The notes below the pieces were generated by a model. It was not told the DNA's origin and did not search any database. It was given only the letters and a program-made list of their open reading frames with translations. The position numbers and the translations under genes are program-made. A stretch of 63,971 nucleotides of DNA, filler included, from Bigelowiella natans CCMP2755 (Eukaryota; Protista; Cercozoa), in assembly GCA_000320545.1 (NCBI GenBank). It is 6 parts of 6 records of this genome, joined end to end, with 100 filler letters (N's around TTAATTAATTAA, not from the genome) between each part and the next. Parts side by side here need not be neighbours in the genome. Positions count along the whole stretch, not along the records: positions 1 to 16,684 come from ADNK01001339.1; positions 16,785 to 43,181 come from ADNK01002249.1; 4 more parts are not named here. One strand, 5' to 3'. Positions 13,599 to 27,478 of this stretch are shown piece after piece (within the stretch, counting starts at the first letter, position 1; each line of letters opens with the position of its first letter).

Positions 13599-14299
13599 CG
13601 CGCGTGCGTGTGTGCATGTTCCTATGAGAGTGTGTGATACCGTCCACTCAGCGTTGAAGGATATATCCCATATAGCGATCGTCCGGCCCCTCCGATTCAT
13701 AATCTGATTTTCACACAGATGTAGTTACTGAGGAATGGTCCTCTTGGTAAAAACTTCGTCGTTAATGACTTCTTTGAAGAGCCAGAAATGACAGCTACTT
13801 GTTGCTAATGTTGGATCAAATTGATATCATGTTGCCACCGCAGAATGGCAAAGTACCGAAGCGTCGCCTTTGAACCGTCTCAACTTCGTGATACGGATTT
13901 CAAGCCACTTGGTCTTCACAAGCACCTTCGATATTGGGACCAGCGCAAGCGGTGTTAAAACGGTAAATAATGGGCAAATTCAATTCCCCCGCAAAAACAG
14001 GGAAATAAGGCCTAAGTTAGTGGATAAACAAGCTAAACAAAATTATGCCCGTGAAATTATTAGTTTGTAATTTTTTTTGAAGTCTGCTAGCAGAGCATTC
14101 CGAGTTGCCCGTATAGCATACTTTATTGAGAAGGAGAGCTCTAAGGCGTTCCCTACACCATGCTGTGCAATCCCTCTCTGTCCAGTGCCACTGTCCAACC
14201 TATGTATTATATAACCAAAACATGAATGACGAAAATCATGTATGTGAGTTAGAATACTAGCAGGGTGATCTTCGGTCTTTGGTCTCTCTCGCTTCTGTT

Positions 14300-14337
<38 letters not shown>

Positions 14338-14342
14338 GTACG

Positions 14343-14400
<58 letters not shown>

Positions 14401-14558
14401 AATTTTATACACACGTGTTCGGGTCTATCAAACTTCTATACACCCCTCAAACCACAAAGAAACTTGCACTCTAAGCACTTCAATTGCGCATTACGTTGTG
14501 CGCGTCCTCGCGGTTTTCCATGAGTATGACCGTCTTGTTCGCAGCTGCCTCTGCAAAT
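13020..14558 (-). CDS. Activator of Hsp90 ATPase (Aha1) N-terminal domain protein; multi-exon, 5' exons uncertain (possibly up to ~15035)
   Basis: Spliced translation: ...VILMENREDAHN|VGQWHWTERDCTAWCRERLRALLLNK|VLVKTKWLEIRITKLRRFKGDAS|IMNRRGRTIAIWDISFNAEWT|GRRNHLNAQEVQGNIAV...DEDDEEPQITIE...EVLLRFLGELKSG...*. This matches the AHSA1 motifs NVNNWHWTERD and GEASINNRKGK. Confidence 0.8.
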
Positions 14559-15246
14559 CTACAGCACACAAATCACAACAAAGGGCCGACATCAACAGGC
14601 GCATCGAAAATAGTACATTCATGGGATATCCACATTCGAATCACGCAACCCGCGCTCGAGCATCGTCTCCCGCGTCGCATAATAAAGCGGCTTCGGCCTC
14701 GGAAGAGCCCCCCTACCCATTTCCACGGGCATCATTCGAACCAGCAGCCCGATGATCGGCAGACAGACGAAGACCTTCAGCATTGATTCTGCTGCAGCCG
14801 GGGGCGCGGCGAGGGGGGGGGAGCCCCAAACCAGGAAGAGATAGACAAGAGAAATTTGATCAGTAGTCGTCAGTACGAGTATTCGGACTCATCCGCGGTT
14901 TATTCTTCTGCGACATCAATAATCTCTGTCGCAGGCGAATAAACGAAAGAGGAAGAACCTGCGATTTCGTACTGCGACAACCAAATTGTGGCTCCTTCAA
15001 ATCACACGAGCCAATCACCGGTCCCTCCCGAGGCATGCTCCCGTCTGCGAAAGGTCCCCCCCCCTTCCCCCCTCCCCTCGCCGTTTTCCTTTTCAATTTT
15101 ACGTGATTAAGGACTAGGAGCGTGTCCCTCCATTCCATTCCTCCTTCTTTCTCGTCGATTCTACCAGTCAAATGGCGTCGATGGCGGGGCAATGTCATAT
15201 TCGAGCACAGGAGTGCTGCTGAGTTTTCTTTGCGTTCATAGACAAA

Positions 15247-15842
15247 ATGGAGGAGGAGGAGGTGCCAAAAGCGACGTCACCGGATCCATCTAAGGAGAAT
15301 TCGGGAGATAATAAGGAGCAAGGGACGGAGAAGAAGAATGTACATGCTCTTTCGAAACAGCAACCGTATTGACGAGGAGGAGGGATACTCACATCCTGCT
15401 TCTCCACATGTGATTGTTTGTTGAGACTCAAAGTCAACCGTCTTTAAATGATGATGAAGATTATGATGAGAGTGATGGTGATGACGATAAGGTTGGTTAT
15501 ATGTTAAAACCCCATGGTGTTCGTACATGTCAGAATCCGCACAATTTTTGCGGTGAGGGTGCAGAGAAGAGGAAACAAGAAGCAAAAGTCGACGAGGAGG
15601 AGATTACCCCTACTGTGGAGGAGAAGCGTGGTGGATGGCTGAAATGGACAGTTCTTCTGCTGATTGGATTCGTAAGAAAGCAACCTAACAATCGCGCTCC
15701 TGAAAGTGCTTGAGTTATTCTGACAAAAACTCTCAACCTACTTCTCATAAAATAGGTTCCCGTGGCAGGCCCTTCTCTTCAGCTGGCACATAGTCTTGCC
15801 ACGAATGACATTGTCTGTGACAATCATTTCTGTCCTTCTCTC

Positions 15843-15885
<43 letters not shown>

Positions 15886-16645
15886 TCTTCCCGCTCCCTC
15901 CTTTGTAGTCAACCCCATGGCTTGTTGTCACATATCGTCTTTTCCATTTTTGGATGATGCACAGATAGGCTCGGTGATGAGCGCTTGCTTCTTAGCATTT
16001 GACATCTACCACAACGCCAAGTTTTTCCTTCCGAGTTATTACTTTGGCGACCAATGCAATTCAATGAAAGAGACGCCGGAAGAGGCCGCCCTCATCCCTA
16101 AAACATCTGCACTGAAGGGTGGGAGGGAGTCATGCTCGTTCGGTTGTGGGGGGATGGGGGGGAGATTTCTCGCTGCACATGTTACAAATTTATACATGCG
16201 CGTATGTTGGTAAAGACGGATGGGGTGTCATTGTGTTTCGTGAAAAGCTGTCATGTACGTGACTAAACAATTGCATTCTGAAATATCTGCTGCCCCTCCT
16301 TCGCGTTGTATAAAATCTTTACGAAAAGAAGCAGGCGGGGGACACACTCCACCTGCAGCCTCCTGCGATGATTACTCTTTCAGTCTAAGTTTTCTCGGAT
16401 TGCGATCGGGGGGGGAGGGTGCGTAACACATCCATCAGTGCCAATCCATTTACTGCTTCAAAATGTATCATTGAAGACTTAAAAAAGAGGGAACGTGGGG
16501 GAGGGGGGTGGGGGAGAAGAGTAATGATATCAAAGACTTCGGTGTGTATTTTTGGCATTATTTCTTACCCTATATAGTAGTTAAAACGGCAGCTGGGCGC
16601 GTACTTCGGAAAACGGGTGATTTTACATTAAAAAGAACGGCAACG

Positions 16646-16679
<34 letters not shown>

Positions 16680-16684
16680 GAGAG
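15247..16684 (+). CDS. Hypothetical multi-exon membrane protein, 3' truncated by a contig gap; divergent from the Aha1-like gene
   Basis: ATG 15247 (MEEEEVPKATSPDPSKENSGD...). Exon ~15565-15671 ends in hydrophobic WLKWTVLLLIGF with a GTAAG donor; exon ~15966-16100 reads IGSVMSACFLAFDIYHNAKFFLPSYYF. No family recognised. Confidence 0.45.
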
Positions 16685-16784
16685 NNNNNNNNNNNNNNNN
16701 NNNNNNNNNNNNNNNNNNNNNNNNNNNNTTAATTAATTAANNNNNNNNNNNNNNNNNNNNNNNNNNNNNNNNNNNNNNNNNNNN
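16685..16784. other. Artificial contig linker/gap (N44-TTAATTAATTAA-N44)
   Basis: 100-bp block with an all-frame stop spacer; the same block occurs five times in the window. Confidence 0.97.
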
Positions 16785-17278
16785 GGTCTACCATCCTCCT
16801 CCTCCTCCTCCTCCTCCTCCTCCTCCCTCCTCCTCCTCACATTGAAGCTCGACCGCACACATTCATAGAGATTATCGTCAACGTGGTCATTCAGACAAAC
16901 ATGAGAGACGCTATTCAATCTACAGCGCAGTGTATTTATAAGGAGATGGCGAAGGTGATGATACAAGGAACACACAATATTCAAATTTCTCCATATATAA
17001 TCTCGGACAACATGCATGGTGCCGGGATGACCCGCCATTCTGTTCTCTCCTGGACGAATCGCTCGGAATATAGAGGCACACATCAACAACAACACTCAGA
17101 AACGATAACGAGAGACACCTTGTCCTCGTCATCCAAAAAACACGGACATCTGTACGGAATTCGGAGTTTGTGGACCCATTTTGTAGTCGTTCTACTACTG
17201 CTACAACCACTACTACTCTTTCTCTGTTAAATGATACGATTCAGAATAGAGGCATTATTATTATTATTATCATTTTAC

Positions 17279-19300
17279 CCGATGTGTGGGGCGAAGAAGA
17301 TTAGAACGGCGCCTGATGATCGTGTTTAGACACATATACACACGCACACGCACACACGCACCAGATGTGACCCCTTTAGATAGCTGCGTAGTTGTCGGAA
17401 TGGACGAGGACGAGGATGACGACGACGACGACGCTAAATGGGTTTAACTGTATGATGTCATCTTCTTATTATCGGTGTGTTACCGCCATCAGGTGCGTGG
17501 GATCCATAAGCTCCAAATCCGGTTTTACCTGAGGGGCGATGAAGACGGCGACGTTCACGACTCTCGATTGTGGTGGTGGTGGTGATTACGTGCGAAAGGG
17601 GGGGAAATCAGGAGAAAATAACCCTTCATAAAAACACGCACGAGTGATTTAAACGCCTCTCTTATCATTTGCGTATCGTCGTGATTATTTGCGTGTATTA
17701 TCGAAACAGTGCCCGACCTGTGAAAGGTACTCCGGCAAGCCCACTTAGAGGAAAGTTGTATCCCCACTGATCGGTAAATCTAACGCCGACATCATCGTCA
17801 TCATCATCATCATCATTATCATCATCATCATCAAAGCAAGCAACAGGGATTTTGCGTAAGATAATTTTGGTCATATTTTGACAGAATCCTTGAATTCTCG
17901 GTGTATTCAATATGTGCGTGCGTGCGTGCGTGCGTGCATATCATAAACGCACACACACTCCGATAACACTTGCTTTCTCGAATGATGTGTGAAAATACCT
18001 GTCCATAAGCCGATTGATCTAAACAATGATGATAGAAAGTGTAGATAGAAAGAGGGTGAGGGTTGATGATCATTAGTCACCGGGTTTGATGGGAAAATGG
18101 GTGATATATGACGTTTTTCCTCTCTCTCTCTCTCTCCCTCTCTCTCTCTCTCTCTCCATCTCCATCTCCCTCTGTCCCTGCCTCCCCTTTCATCATTCGC
18201 TCAGTGCTACTGACACCTCATCAGGGCAGGTGGAGATTCCCAATAAGGTCTTTTCTGGATAAACCCCTGTGGTGCGTACGTACAACGGAGGATGAATAGA
18301 AATAGCTGAATCAAGGAAGCACATGTTGAAGCATAGATAGATAGATTTTCAAAAATAGCGATGGAAATCAGGGACAGGGGGGGGTGCGTGTTTGCGTTGG
18401 GGCGTGTGTAGGAGGGTGTAAACTTCTCTCACATTAGTGGCACGTTAATAGGAATTGAGGCTTGCAGAGGGGGAAAATATGACGGATAAAGAGGGAGTAG
18501 TAGTAGCAGCAGCAGCGGCAAGGGCAGCAGTAGAAGTACCAAATTTGCGCATAAGTGTCTTCATACAATTGTTCGTTACGTCGCCGGAAACAGCCCCTGG
18601 AAAATAGTGCTGCATGGCCTGTGAATCATTAGCAGCAGCATTTCAATCATTTGATTCAGAGACTCCCAAAAAGACAAATGCAGGACAGAATGGTTTCTGA
18701 ATACAAGTATCATGCTACCTGTTACATTAACAGTAGTTTTATATATTTTACATGCCCTCTTAGATCTATAAAAGATATCAGTTTAATTTCCGCATGCTCA
18801 CATCCTGAGCGTGAAAAACGAGGAGATTCGTGTATTACCTGCATGCAGACGGCGCCGGGCTGCTGCCGTTTAGAAAAACTTGTCGGAGGCTGATATACAA
18901 CCACGTAAAATATAATATTTAACAGAACGAAGGATGTTTACTTTCCATGTTTACTCTCCAGCATCGTGAAAGAGAGACTGCAGCCATGCGAGTCAGCATC
19001 CTATCCGATAGTTGCATGCAGATCACTCAACTAGACTCATACATACCTTCTGATCATAGTAGCCGCTTCTCAACATCGTTCCAGACCCTCCATAATTCAG
19101 AGCTATGATTCCTAATTTGAAACTTGATTGAGAGAAAGTTGCATCCTTTTCTCGCGCATTAATCGACGCATTTACCGCCACCAACGCATGAGCATGATCG
19201 CCAAGTTACCCAGGGTAATGGTTGCAGCCAAAACGCAACCTAGAGGGAGGGAAGATCGACGGGAAAGTCCCCGAGGGGACCCATTTCGATACAGGGCCAT
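17279..19300 (-). CDS. LCIB-like / theta-class carbonic anhydrase with an N-terminal hydrophobic presequence; 3' part not resolved before the gap
   Basis: Micro-exons splice to AMQHYFPGAVSGDVTNNCMKTLMRKFG|VYPEKTLLGISTCPDE (18266-18217)|INRLMDR|FTDQWGYNFPLSGLAGVPFTG|KTGFGAYGSHAPDGG|AVLIFFAPHIG (17312-17279). These are the CxDE, GLAGxPFxG and PHxG motifs of LCIB/theta-CA. The first exon reads MALYRNGSPRGLSRRSSLPLGCVLAATITLGNLAIMLMRWW. Confidence 0.85.
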
Positions 19301-20800
19301 GGTCGTGGGAGGCGGACGGTGGAGGGAAAGGGTATACCCACGTGGACAGGATTTTAAGATCAACCGTGTGCTGAGGTCATTGGTCGAAAGTAGATAGAAG
19401 CTATTGCATTTTATCTCTGCGTCTACTTGTTCTTGCATGTTTTAGGGAAAATACTCAAAGCAGTTCGGTGGGAAATAATCTGAGCCGCGTTGCGCCAGAG
19501 TGAGGCAGGACGGTTGCCTGTGAGCCTAATGCAAATGCTGTGATATCTCGGAGGAAATAGGCAAAAACTGCATACATTCCAACAGATCGGAAACACTCCC
19601 GGTACTCCCGGTCTTTTGAACATTTCTTGTTCATTTCCTTTCAGTGGTTAAGAACCTTTTTGGTTCGATTGTTGGAAACAAGAGACACCTTTGAGACACC
19701 TTTGTTAGAAGAATTTGATCCTACGACAGTGATCATATCGTGACGTATTACTCGATTGCATTGGGAATTTTAGGACCATTTGATGAATATGTCAATAAAA
19801 AACGCCGGTCTTTCAGCCGTAGGAGATTTTCGTGCAAAATCGTCAAAAAACAAAAAACAAGAAAAATGCAGCGAACAAAAAGATCAACGAACGAAAAGAA
19901 GGAATACAAACGCCCCTGCTCCTAGACCGAAGGAAAGATCCCCACACATGGGGGCTTACATCTTGCGACAACATTTTTGAAAAGGTTCAAGCTTCAAATT
20001 GTGTTGCGCATTTCACCGAAATTCTAAATTGTTCTTGAAAATGACCACAGATGAGTCTTGCCAGAAAAGGGAAACCGGGCGGAAAAAACATTCAGAAGCA
20101 GAGAAATACCGGGAAATAGCATGCTTCTGATGGGTACAATGCCTTTCCCCCGGTAGATACAAACGGGTTCTCTCAGAACAGATTGATTACGGAAGGGCGG
20201 AAACCGGAAGAAGAGACACGAAACCAATACTAAAATGAATGCCGTTTTCTATTTTTGCCGAATTTTGACGATGTTCGTCGTCTTAAACTCAAAGCCATTG
20301 TTGATCGTGAAGCACCACATTCCCTCCCGTCCTGCATTCTCTGATTCTCTGACCACCAACTACGTATTGAATCGGGGGGGGTACTTCTGCAGTGTGCGAA
20401 GACGTAAGTTACTGCTACTACCCCCCGCTCTCAGTCCCACAAATTGTTCGTTTCAGCTCGATATTTTCCGTATGATCTTTTTACTTTTCTTCCGGAAAAT
20501 TGGAACTGCAAGGAAACGCTGTACACATTTTCATCACTCCTTCTTCTACTTTTTCCAGGGAAACGGGGAATACAGAAGATATCTATATGTGGAAATTAGA
20601 GGGCTTTGACTTATTATAGTCACGGACTCACTGCAGCGTTAAGCTGGGGTTGCTCCTGCAGCGGCAATATTTTAGATTATTTGAACAAATTAGCACAATT
20701 AGTATTTAGTGCCATCGACGTGTGTATAGTGTAGGGCAGAGTAAGAGAAGAAGCCAGTAAGCCCCATTGCAATAAAGACTAGAAGAGCGCTACTTAGATC

Positions 20801-21759
20801 ATGGGATATTCTAGCAACAACAACAGCCAAAACATAAGTAGTTGTTCGGGCGATAATGACAATTTGGAGCCGCTGTTGGGTGGAAAGAAACGATATGCCG
20901 ACACGGATGCTGCTGCCACTGCGTTACGTCATATCGATTTTCACAATAATCACAGTAGTGATAGTAGTATCAGCGTCATCAATGGCATTAGAGGGGGAAA
21001 TAGGAGGCGAAACAACAGCAACAGCCCTTTGGTAAGCAGCGCATCCTCATTATACCCTCACCTGATAGTTTCCTGATAGTTTTCGTTGTGCCACGTTCAT
21101 TCTTGAGGTGGCTTTTTTCCACTTACGACTGGATACAATGCGCGATGACGACACCAGAGGCGGCAGCATCGACAAACGCCACTCTCCTCACTCGCGTGAT
21201 AGCAAACACATGTGCATTTCTCAGGTTGTCATCGACGACCGAAGTACAGAAGAGTCCTACCTTCAAAGGCGGCGGCGTTCTCCTTTGAAATCCCCCCCTA
21301 TGGAGCGTGTGGTGTCGTCTCCCTTCTGCGCCTCGGCCGACGTGCGCACACAGTCGGTTATAATCCTGTGTTTTCTCTCGGTTATCTTCACATTCTTCGG
21401 GCAGTTCATGAAAGCCTTCAGTGTCGAGTTAGTACAGTTGAGCTTGTTGATGAGAATGATCATGATCATGATGGTGATGATGACGACGATGTTAATGGTG
21501 ATGGCACGCGATACAAAGCAAGTGTATATGCATTATGATAATGGAATGCAGGTACTCCCTCAAGGTGTCAGCGCCGCCGTTCTTATCTTACAACAAGAGC
21601 GGCAGGACATTCGAATTTAATATGTGGAAGGGTGCTGAGGTACACTGGCAACACTGATCATCAATATAACACCTCGAAACTTAATTGTCTATTTGGACCA
21701 TTCATCTTTTTCGTCCAACTTCATATTTCTATTACTGCCGCTTGGCTGTCGCCATCACC

Positions 21760-21807
<48 letters not shown>

Positions 21808-22729
21808 TCCACAATCACGATCAGGAACTAGCAAAAGTCGACATGCAGTGGCTGTCTATTCTAGTGTACATCTGGTCCGGATTTTGGCCATACGTCAAGC
21901 TGGTCTTCATCCTTCTGCACGTGGTGCTAGAGAAGATGGATGCTTCAGAGGCGTGCCCCTGCTTAAATGCGGTGGTAGTGACATGCATACCAGTCGTTCA
22001 GTATCTTGGGAAATGGGCGTTTCTGGACGTGTGCGTCGTGATGGTTATCAGCGTGGTGCTACACGTGGACAGGTGCGTTGTTAAACAGCTTCCGGTGTTG
22101 AGAGAAAGAGGGGGGGGGGAGTGAAGAGTATGATGACAATGATGGTGGTAAGAAAGATACGGAATAGGAGGAATGGCGAATTCGAGGAGGGTTAGGTAGC
22201 CATCGAGACGCTATCGTCTGCTAAATCTCAAAATGATGAATAAATATCCGATGATGCACCCGTCGTCTCACTCTCACTCTCACTCTCACTCTCCTCCAGA
22301 AAAACAAACGAATGCAGTTAGTTGTTATTTATCCCCCTCTTGATTCATATTCGCGCCGTCCTTCCCTGATCGTACTCTGCTAGGGTGTGTTAGCGTTCGC
22401 AGTCATGATGTAAATATCAATCGATAAATCATTCACCCAACTAATCAATCAGGGTGGTGGGAGTGGCAGATTTCTCTATTCAAACCATAGTCCTGGAAGG
22501 CCAATTCGTATTTATGCTAGGAGTCGCCTTGTGCCTCATCGCGCAAACAATTCTCTCCCGGCCAACACGCCCTCGCATCTACTCCTTGATCGAGACGCCT
22601 TTCGGGTCTGCGAATCATCTCGTTGATGACGAGAATTTATACTACGACGATACGCTCATAATATCTAATAATAAGACCAATGATCGAGCCCCCGCGGAAT
22701 TGGAGGAGGAGGGGGGGGAGGAGGGATGG

Positions 22730-22764
<35 letters not shown>

Positions 22765-23880
22765 GCGATAATACTGACAACGCAACCCATGAGTATAAGA
22801 GGACAAAGAAGAAGAAACAGAATAATATTTTTACGACGAATGCTGTCCCCTCGTTAATGAAGCAAAGGAGGAAACTGAGCCGTGTATCATCATCGCCAAA
22901 TGTGATTGGTATTCATGCGATTTGGCCCCCGCTCGCTCTGTTGGCCGTGCTCTTCATTCAAACAGCAGGCAATTTTACGCCATTTCTCAACGTTAAAGCC
23001 AGTTTTGCCCCACTCGCGGTTATCGAGGACAGATCTTTCTCGATTATTGAGGGGTTGGTGTTGTCTCTGTGACAGATAGATAGTGCGCGAACGGGGAGAG
23101 AATGGAAGAGAGCGAGAGAGAGAAAGAGGGGGGGGGGGGGTGGGGAAGGGTTGTCGGACAAAATATATCTCTGGCTATTTACTCCTACTTACTCATGTAT
23201 CTTCTCCATGCAGATTCAATGACATGACGAAGACCATTAATGGGGCAGGAAAACTCAACACTGGACACGCTATTTTTGGGTTAGTAGGGAACCGGGGGGG
23301 GAATTGCTAGTACGACTGCAAAAGGGAGATAAAACGCTGGTGGAATGGCAAACTGCTGATTTTTACACCACATTGTTTGGCCTACTTCTGGGTCGATATA
23401 ATAGGTATATATTCGTAACCCTGATGCCAGTCATTAGCGGCACGTTACTTCTCACAGCATGGCTTCTACCGGTTACTACAACTACAACTACTACTACAAC
23501 TACTACTACTGCTACAACTACTACTACAACTACTATTACTACTACTACTACTACTACTACTACTGTGATTGGATTCGAATTTCAAATATATATATATAGT
23601 ATCAAATATATATATATAGTATCAAGTCGGACGAATTGAAAGTACTTCGTTGCTTCCCAATAATATATTGCATAAATAGGGAAGACCTCGGTTGCGCGAA
23701 AAGGCGTTACACTGGGCGTGTATCTTGAGGGAGTGGTGTCTCGTGGATGTCTTTTGGATAGCCTCCATTGTATCGATGTTTGAGCTGCCAGAAATCTCCG
23801 CATATATCGCCGAGGAGTTTCAAGATATTTCGAAGTAAAGGGATTTGCGTGTGTGTGTGTGTGCGTGTGTGTGTGTGTGT

Positions 23881-23930
<50 letters not shown>

Positions 23931-24107
23931 GTCGTTGACCATACGCTTATCGTCGTTAACTCTTCCAGGTTTGGGAAGTTGGAGGTGGAGATGACACCAC
24001 GACACACGCTATTTTGGTTGCCGGTTGTGATCATTCTCGAAAACCTCATGTTTTTCCACATGAAATGCAGCCTAGACGCTCTCCCTCTTTCGTTGTATCG
24101 TCGCTAA
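20801..24107 (+). CDS. Multi-exon membrane protein with paraquat-inducible protein A (PqiA)-like domain(s)
   Basis: Exon ~21824-22072 reads WLSILVYIWSGFWPYVKLVFILLH...VQYLGKWAFLDVCVVMVISVVLHVD, like the PqiA PxxKL...GxWSMLDVFVV pattern. A second degenerate half follows (FSIIEG...FVTLMPVISG...FGKLEV). Ends are approximate. Confidence 0.6.
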
Positions 24108-24530
24108 AGAAGAGAGGCCCATATACCCGCGACAATGATGCCCAAGCCACTACACGAATCACTGGCATAACTAATATTAATTGTAGGACAGGGCCAGCAT
24201 CTGTGTTCTTTAGTATTCACTTAGATTGTTGGTACCTTTTCATCCATGTATAGATCATCCTTCGTTTGCATTGTGAAGCGACAAATGGGATTGGAACCTA
24301 GGTCATACAGTCTGAATCATTCAAATACCAGCTAGCTGCCGCACGTTCTGGTACTCCAATGGCTGCTATGATGTGGCTCCCTGTGCAGGCATGCATGGAT
24401 GCCACTTGCGTCGTCATTCTGTTTGTACGTACATGTGCAATTCATCTGTTTGCATTGTTAGATTGTGTCAGCATTGCGCTGTGAATGTGCTCTGCAGCTG
24501 CATCTAGACGTGCACACCTACTAGCCTAGC

Positions 24531-25260
24531 TGTGGAGGACTTGAAAAGCCGGGGGGGGCATGCATTGCGGCACATTGTGGACGAGTCAAAGATTCCCAAG
24601 ACTGCACGCACGTTGCGAAAGTTTCAGGCCAATGTTGGCGAGAACGTGGATCGAGATGATGCAACCTGGCTAGCTGGGGATGTCGCTTTGCCAAGTTCCG
24701 TGTTCTGCATCCGCCCCATTCTCAAGGATGATCGGTGCACTGGTTCAAACTTTGTCCTGAATTTCCTGAGCCCTCACGTGGAATCCAGAGTCGTGGGGGC
24801 GCTTGCCAAGAAACCGTCTGAGAGCAGAGTTGAAGTGTGCCTAGTGGTTCTGAGGCAAATGACAGACACAGCAATGTGACATGTGCACATCGTGTGTGCG
24901 TGCAATGTTGCATGTCCATCGCGCAGAAAGAAGGTGGCATCACCTCAGAAAGAATGGGGGAACTTTCGAAGGCTGACGTGTCGGCTCACATTCACCAGAA
25001 GAATTGGAAGGTGAGAAAGGCAAGACCACTGTCTTGTCAGGGGAACGTGGACGAGTGATTCACCATCGCGAAAATGGTCAGGAAGAGAAGAACAAGTTCT
25101 TGGAGGAAATTTGCGAATTGAAGGATTCGAGCACGCTTGTCATTTGCCCTCCGAGCTGCACAAACATGGATGGTGCTTCAAGTGCTGAGGTGCTGCATCA
25201 GATGGCCAAAGGAAAAGTTTGTGACTTCAAATTCAGTCCCTAGTCTGGATCTGGACATGT
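24531..25260 (+). pseudogene. TpA-erased decayed coding sequence, possibly Crinkler/RHS-like with a nuclease-like C-terminus
   Basis: Only 3 TA in ~730 bp, all in CTAG (24670, 24841, 25240). ORF fragments 24532-24879 and 25004-25243 contain no Tyr. The family assignment is weak inference. Confidence 0.5.
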
Positions 25261-25627
25261 GTAGTCTCTGTGAGAACAGTGCCTAATCTTTGAACCGTTC
25301 TTTTGTCTCATTGGCGCGGATCTTTGGACAACGAACAATGAACAATGAATTGGAACGTTTCCACGTTTCCGAGTGAATGCCGTTACATGTAGTGAAATCA
25401 GTTGAACAGTTTTTTTTTAAACGGCCGTTCGTTTCTAAATTAGTTGGACATGCATGTCGTGTCGCATCTGAAAAACGGTGGGGATCCATCTCGAATTGAT
25501 CTCATCCATGGATTGCGCGTGTCGAATTCTGAAACACTACTGTAACCGAACTCACATTTCATCTTCTGGTTGATCTAAAACCCAGACAACGGGTTACCCA
25601 GGATAGGTTCCTCGAGGTTCTACTTAG

Positions 25628-26540
25628 ATGATGAAGACGGTAGTTCCTCTTCTTCTGGGTGCTCTTCAAGCAGCTGCGCAGTATCAGCTGCTTACTGGGG
25701 CCATCCACACATGTGTCAAGTACGGCTCCACCGACGTGCGATGCTTTGGGAACAATTATTATGGCCAATTTGGCATTGGAACTACATCAAGTAGCGCCCA
25801 TTCCTCGGGACCTGGGACACCCATGGTGACCTTTTGTTTCAAAGAATGTGATTTAAAACCCAACAGAGTTATGAGGTGACATATTTCTCTCAGAATTTGT
25901 TGGCTGGAAAATCCGTGGCATCGATCTTCGGGGATGCGTCCTATAACACGTGGGTTCTTTACACGGATAATACGGTTCGACGCTAACAACATCAAAACCT
26001 AGGCAGTCTACATGCTACTTCATCTTCTAATCGTCAGTCCAACTCTATTTTTGTGGTGGGCTCCTTTTTCGCAGGTTTCAGTCTCAGGAACGAACTATAT
26101 CAAGATTATGGCCAATTCCGTATATGGCTTTAGTGGACACCCCACACAATTTGCGACACTCACAACTTTGACGAGCCCAGTCCAGGATATCGACAATGGA
26201 TTTGTGAATGCCTGTGCTCTCACAACTTCTGGATCAGTACACTGTTGGGGAGCGTGTAGCCGTGGCGAAAGTGGTAGGCAGCCCTAACTTGTAAAATTTG
26301 TATGCTTCATTGAGTAGCTTTGCTTTTTTTTTTCTAATTACTATTGCAGGGGATTCGACGACTGGAGCTGCTTCTGGATGCCCTGTACCGTCAAACGTAA
26401 CTCTTCCAGCGGGACGACACGCAATAGATATTGGCGTCGGTGGGTGTGCCGGTAATGTTATTGATGGCAACGTTCCAGCTGCTGGGACTCCCTGCGCAGT
26501 ACTTGACGATTTTTCGCTTGTCTGCTGGGTAGGAAACAAT

Positions 26541-26576
<36 letters not shown>

Positions 26577-27438
26577 AGGGTGAGGAAGGGGGGTGTAATA
26601 TGGCACGGTGTATTGGATTTCGTTACAAGTCCTAGTTCCGAAGGAAAACTCGCCTGCATGTAATACACACTTACCCAAGAACCGGTGGCTTACGTACTTG
26701 ATGAATAGGGTTACAACGCATATGGACAAATCGGAGATGGTAGTATAAAATCAATCGATGCTCTTAATCGATGCTCATAACCCTTAAGCAAATTACTTAA
26801 CATGAGACCGTTGACAAAATATCTAGGCACCACTACCCAAAAACTGCTACCCCAGTCAATATCGCTCTCTAATGTATAAACCTTTTCATGTCATGCTTTA
26901 TCGATTTTCCCTTTATATTTGGATTTATCATTTGCATTACTTTCGTCTTTAAATTTCAAACAACCTTAATCTGAATTATCGCCATCCATTGCATACCATC
27001 AAAACCAGAACCAGCCCTATCATTGTCATCGTTTTGGAATAGAAGAATCACCCCGTTCAGAATGTTACGGATGATACTTATGTTAAAAACCATTAGGTGA
27101 CAGATGTCGAAGGCGGTGCCTATCACACCTGTGCCATTCACTCTGGCGGCAATGTATCATGCTGGGTACATTGCTCTTATTGCACATCGCCCCCGAGTAA
27201 GAGGTGCCTCTCAGATATATGTTTCACTTATTTCATAGGGTAGAAATACATGGGGACAAGTTGGCAATGGACGGACTCAAGACTCCGAGCCCACTCCACA
27301 ACTTGTACGCGACCTTTAAATTAAAATTCTTTGCTATAATTTTTAATTGAGATTTCTTATATTTTCGTATTTCTTTCACTTTTTTCATATACGTTCCCTG
27401 CAGTAGGCACAACAGATTCATATCAATGTCCTCAAAGG

Positions 27439-27478
<40 letters not shown>

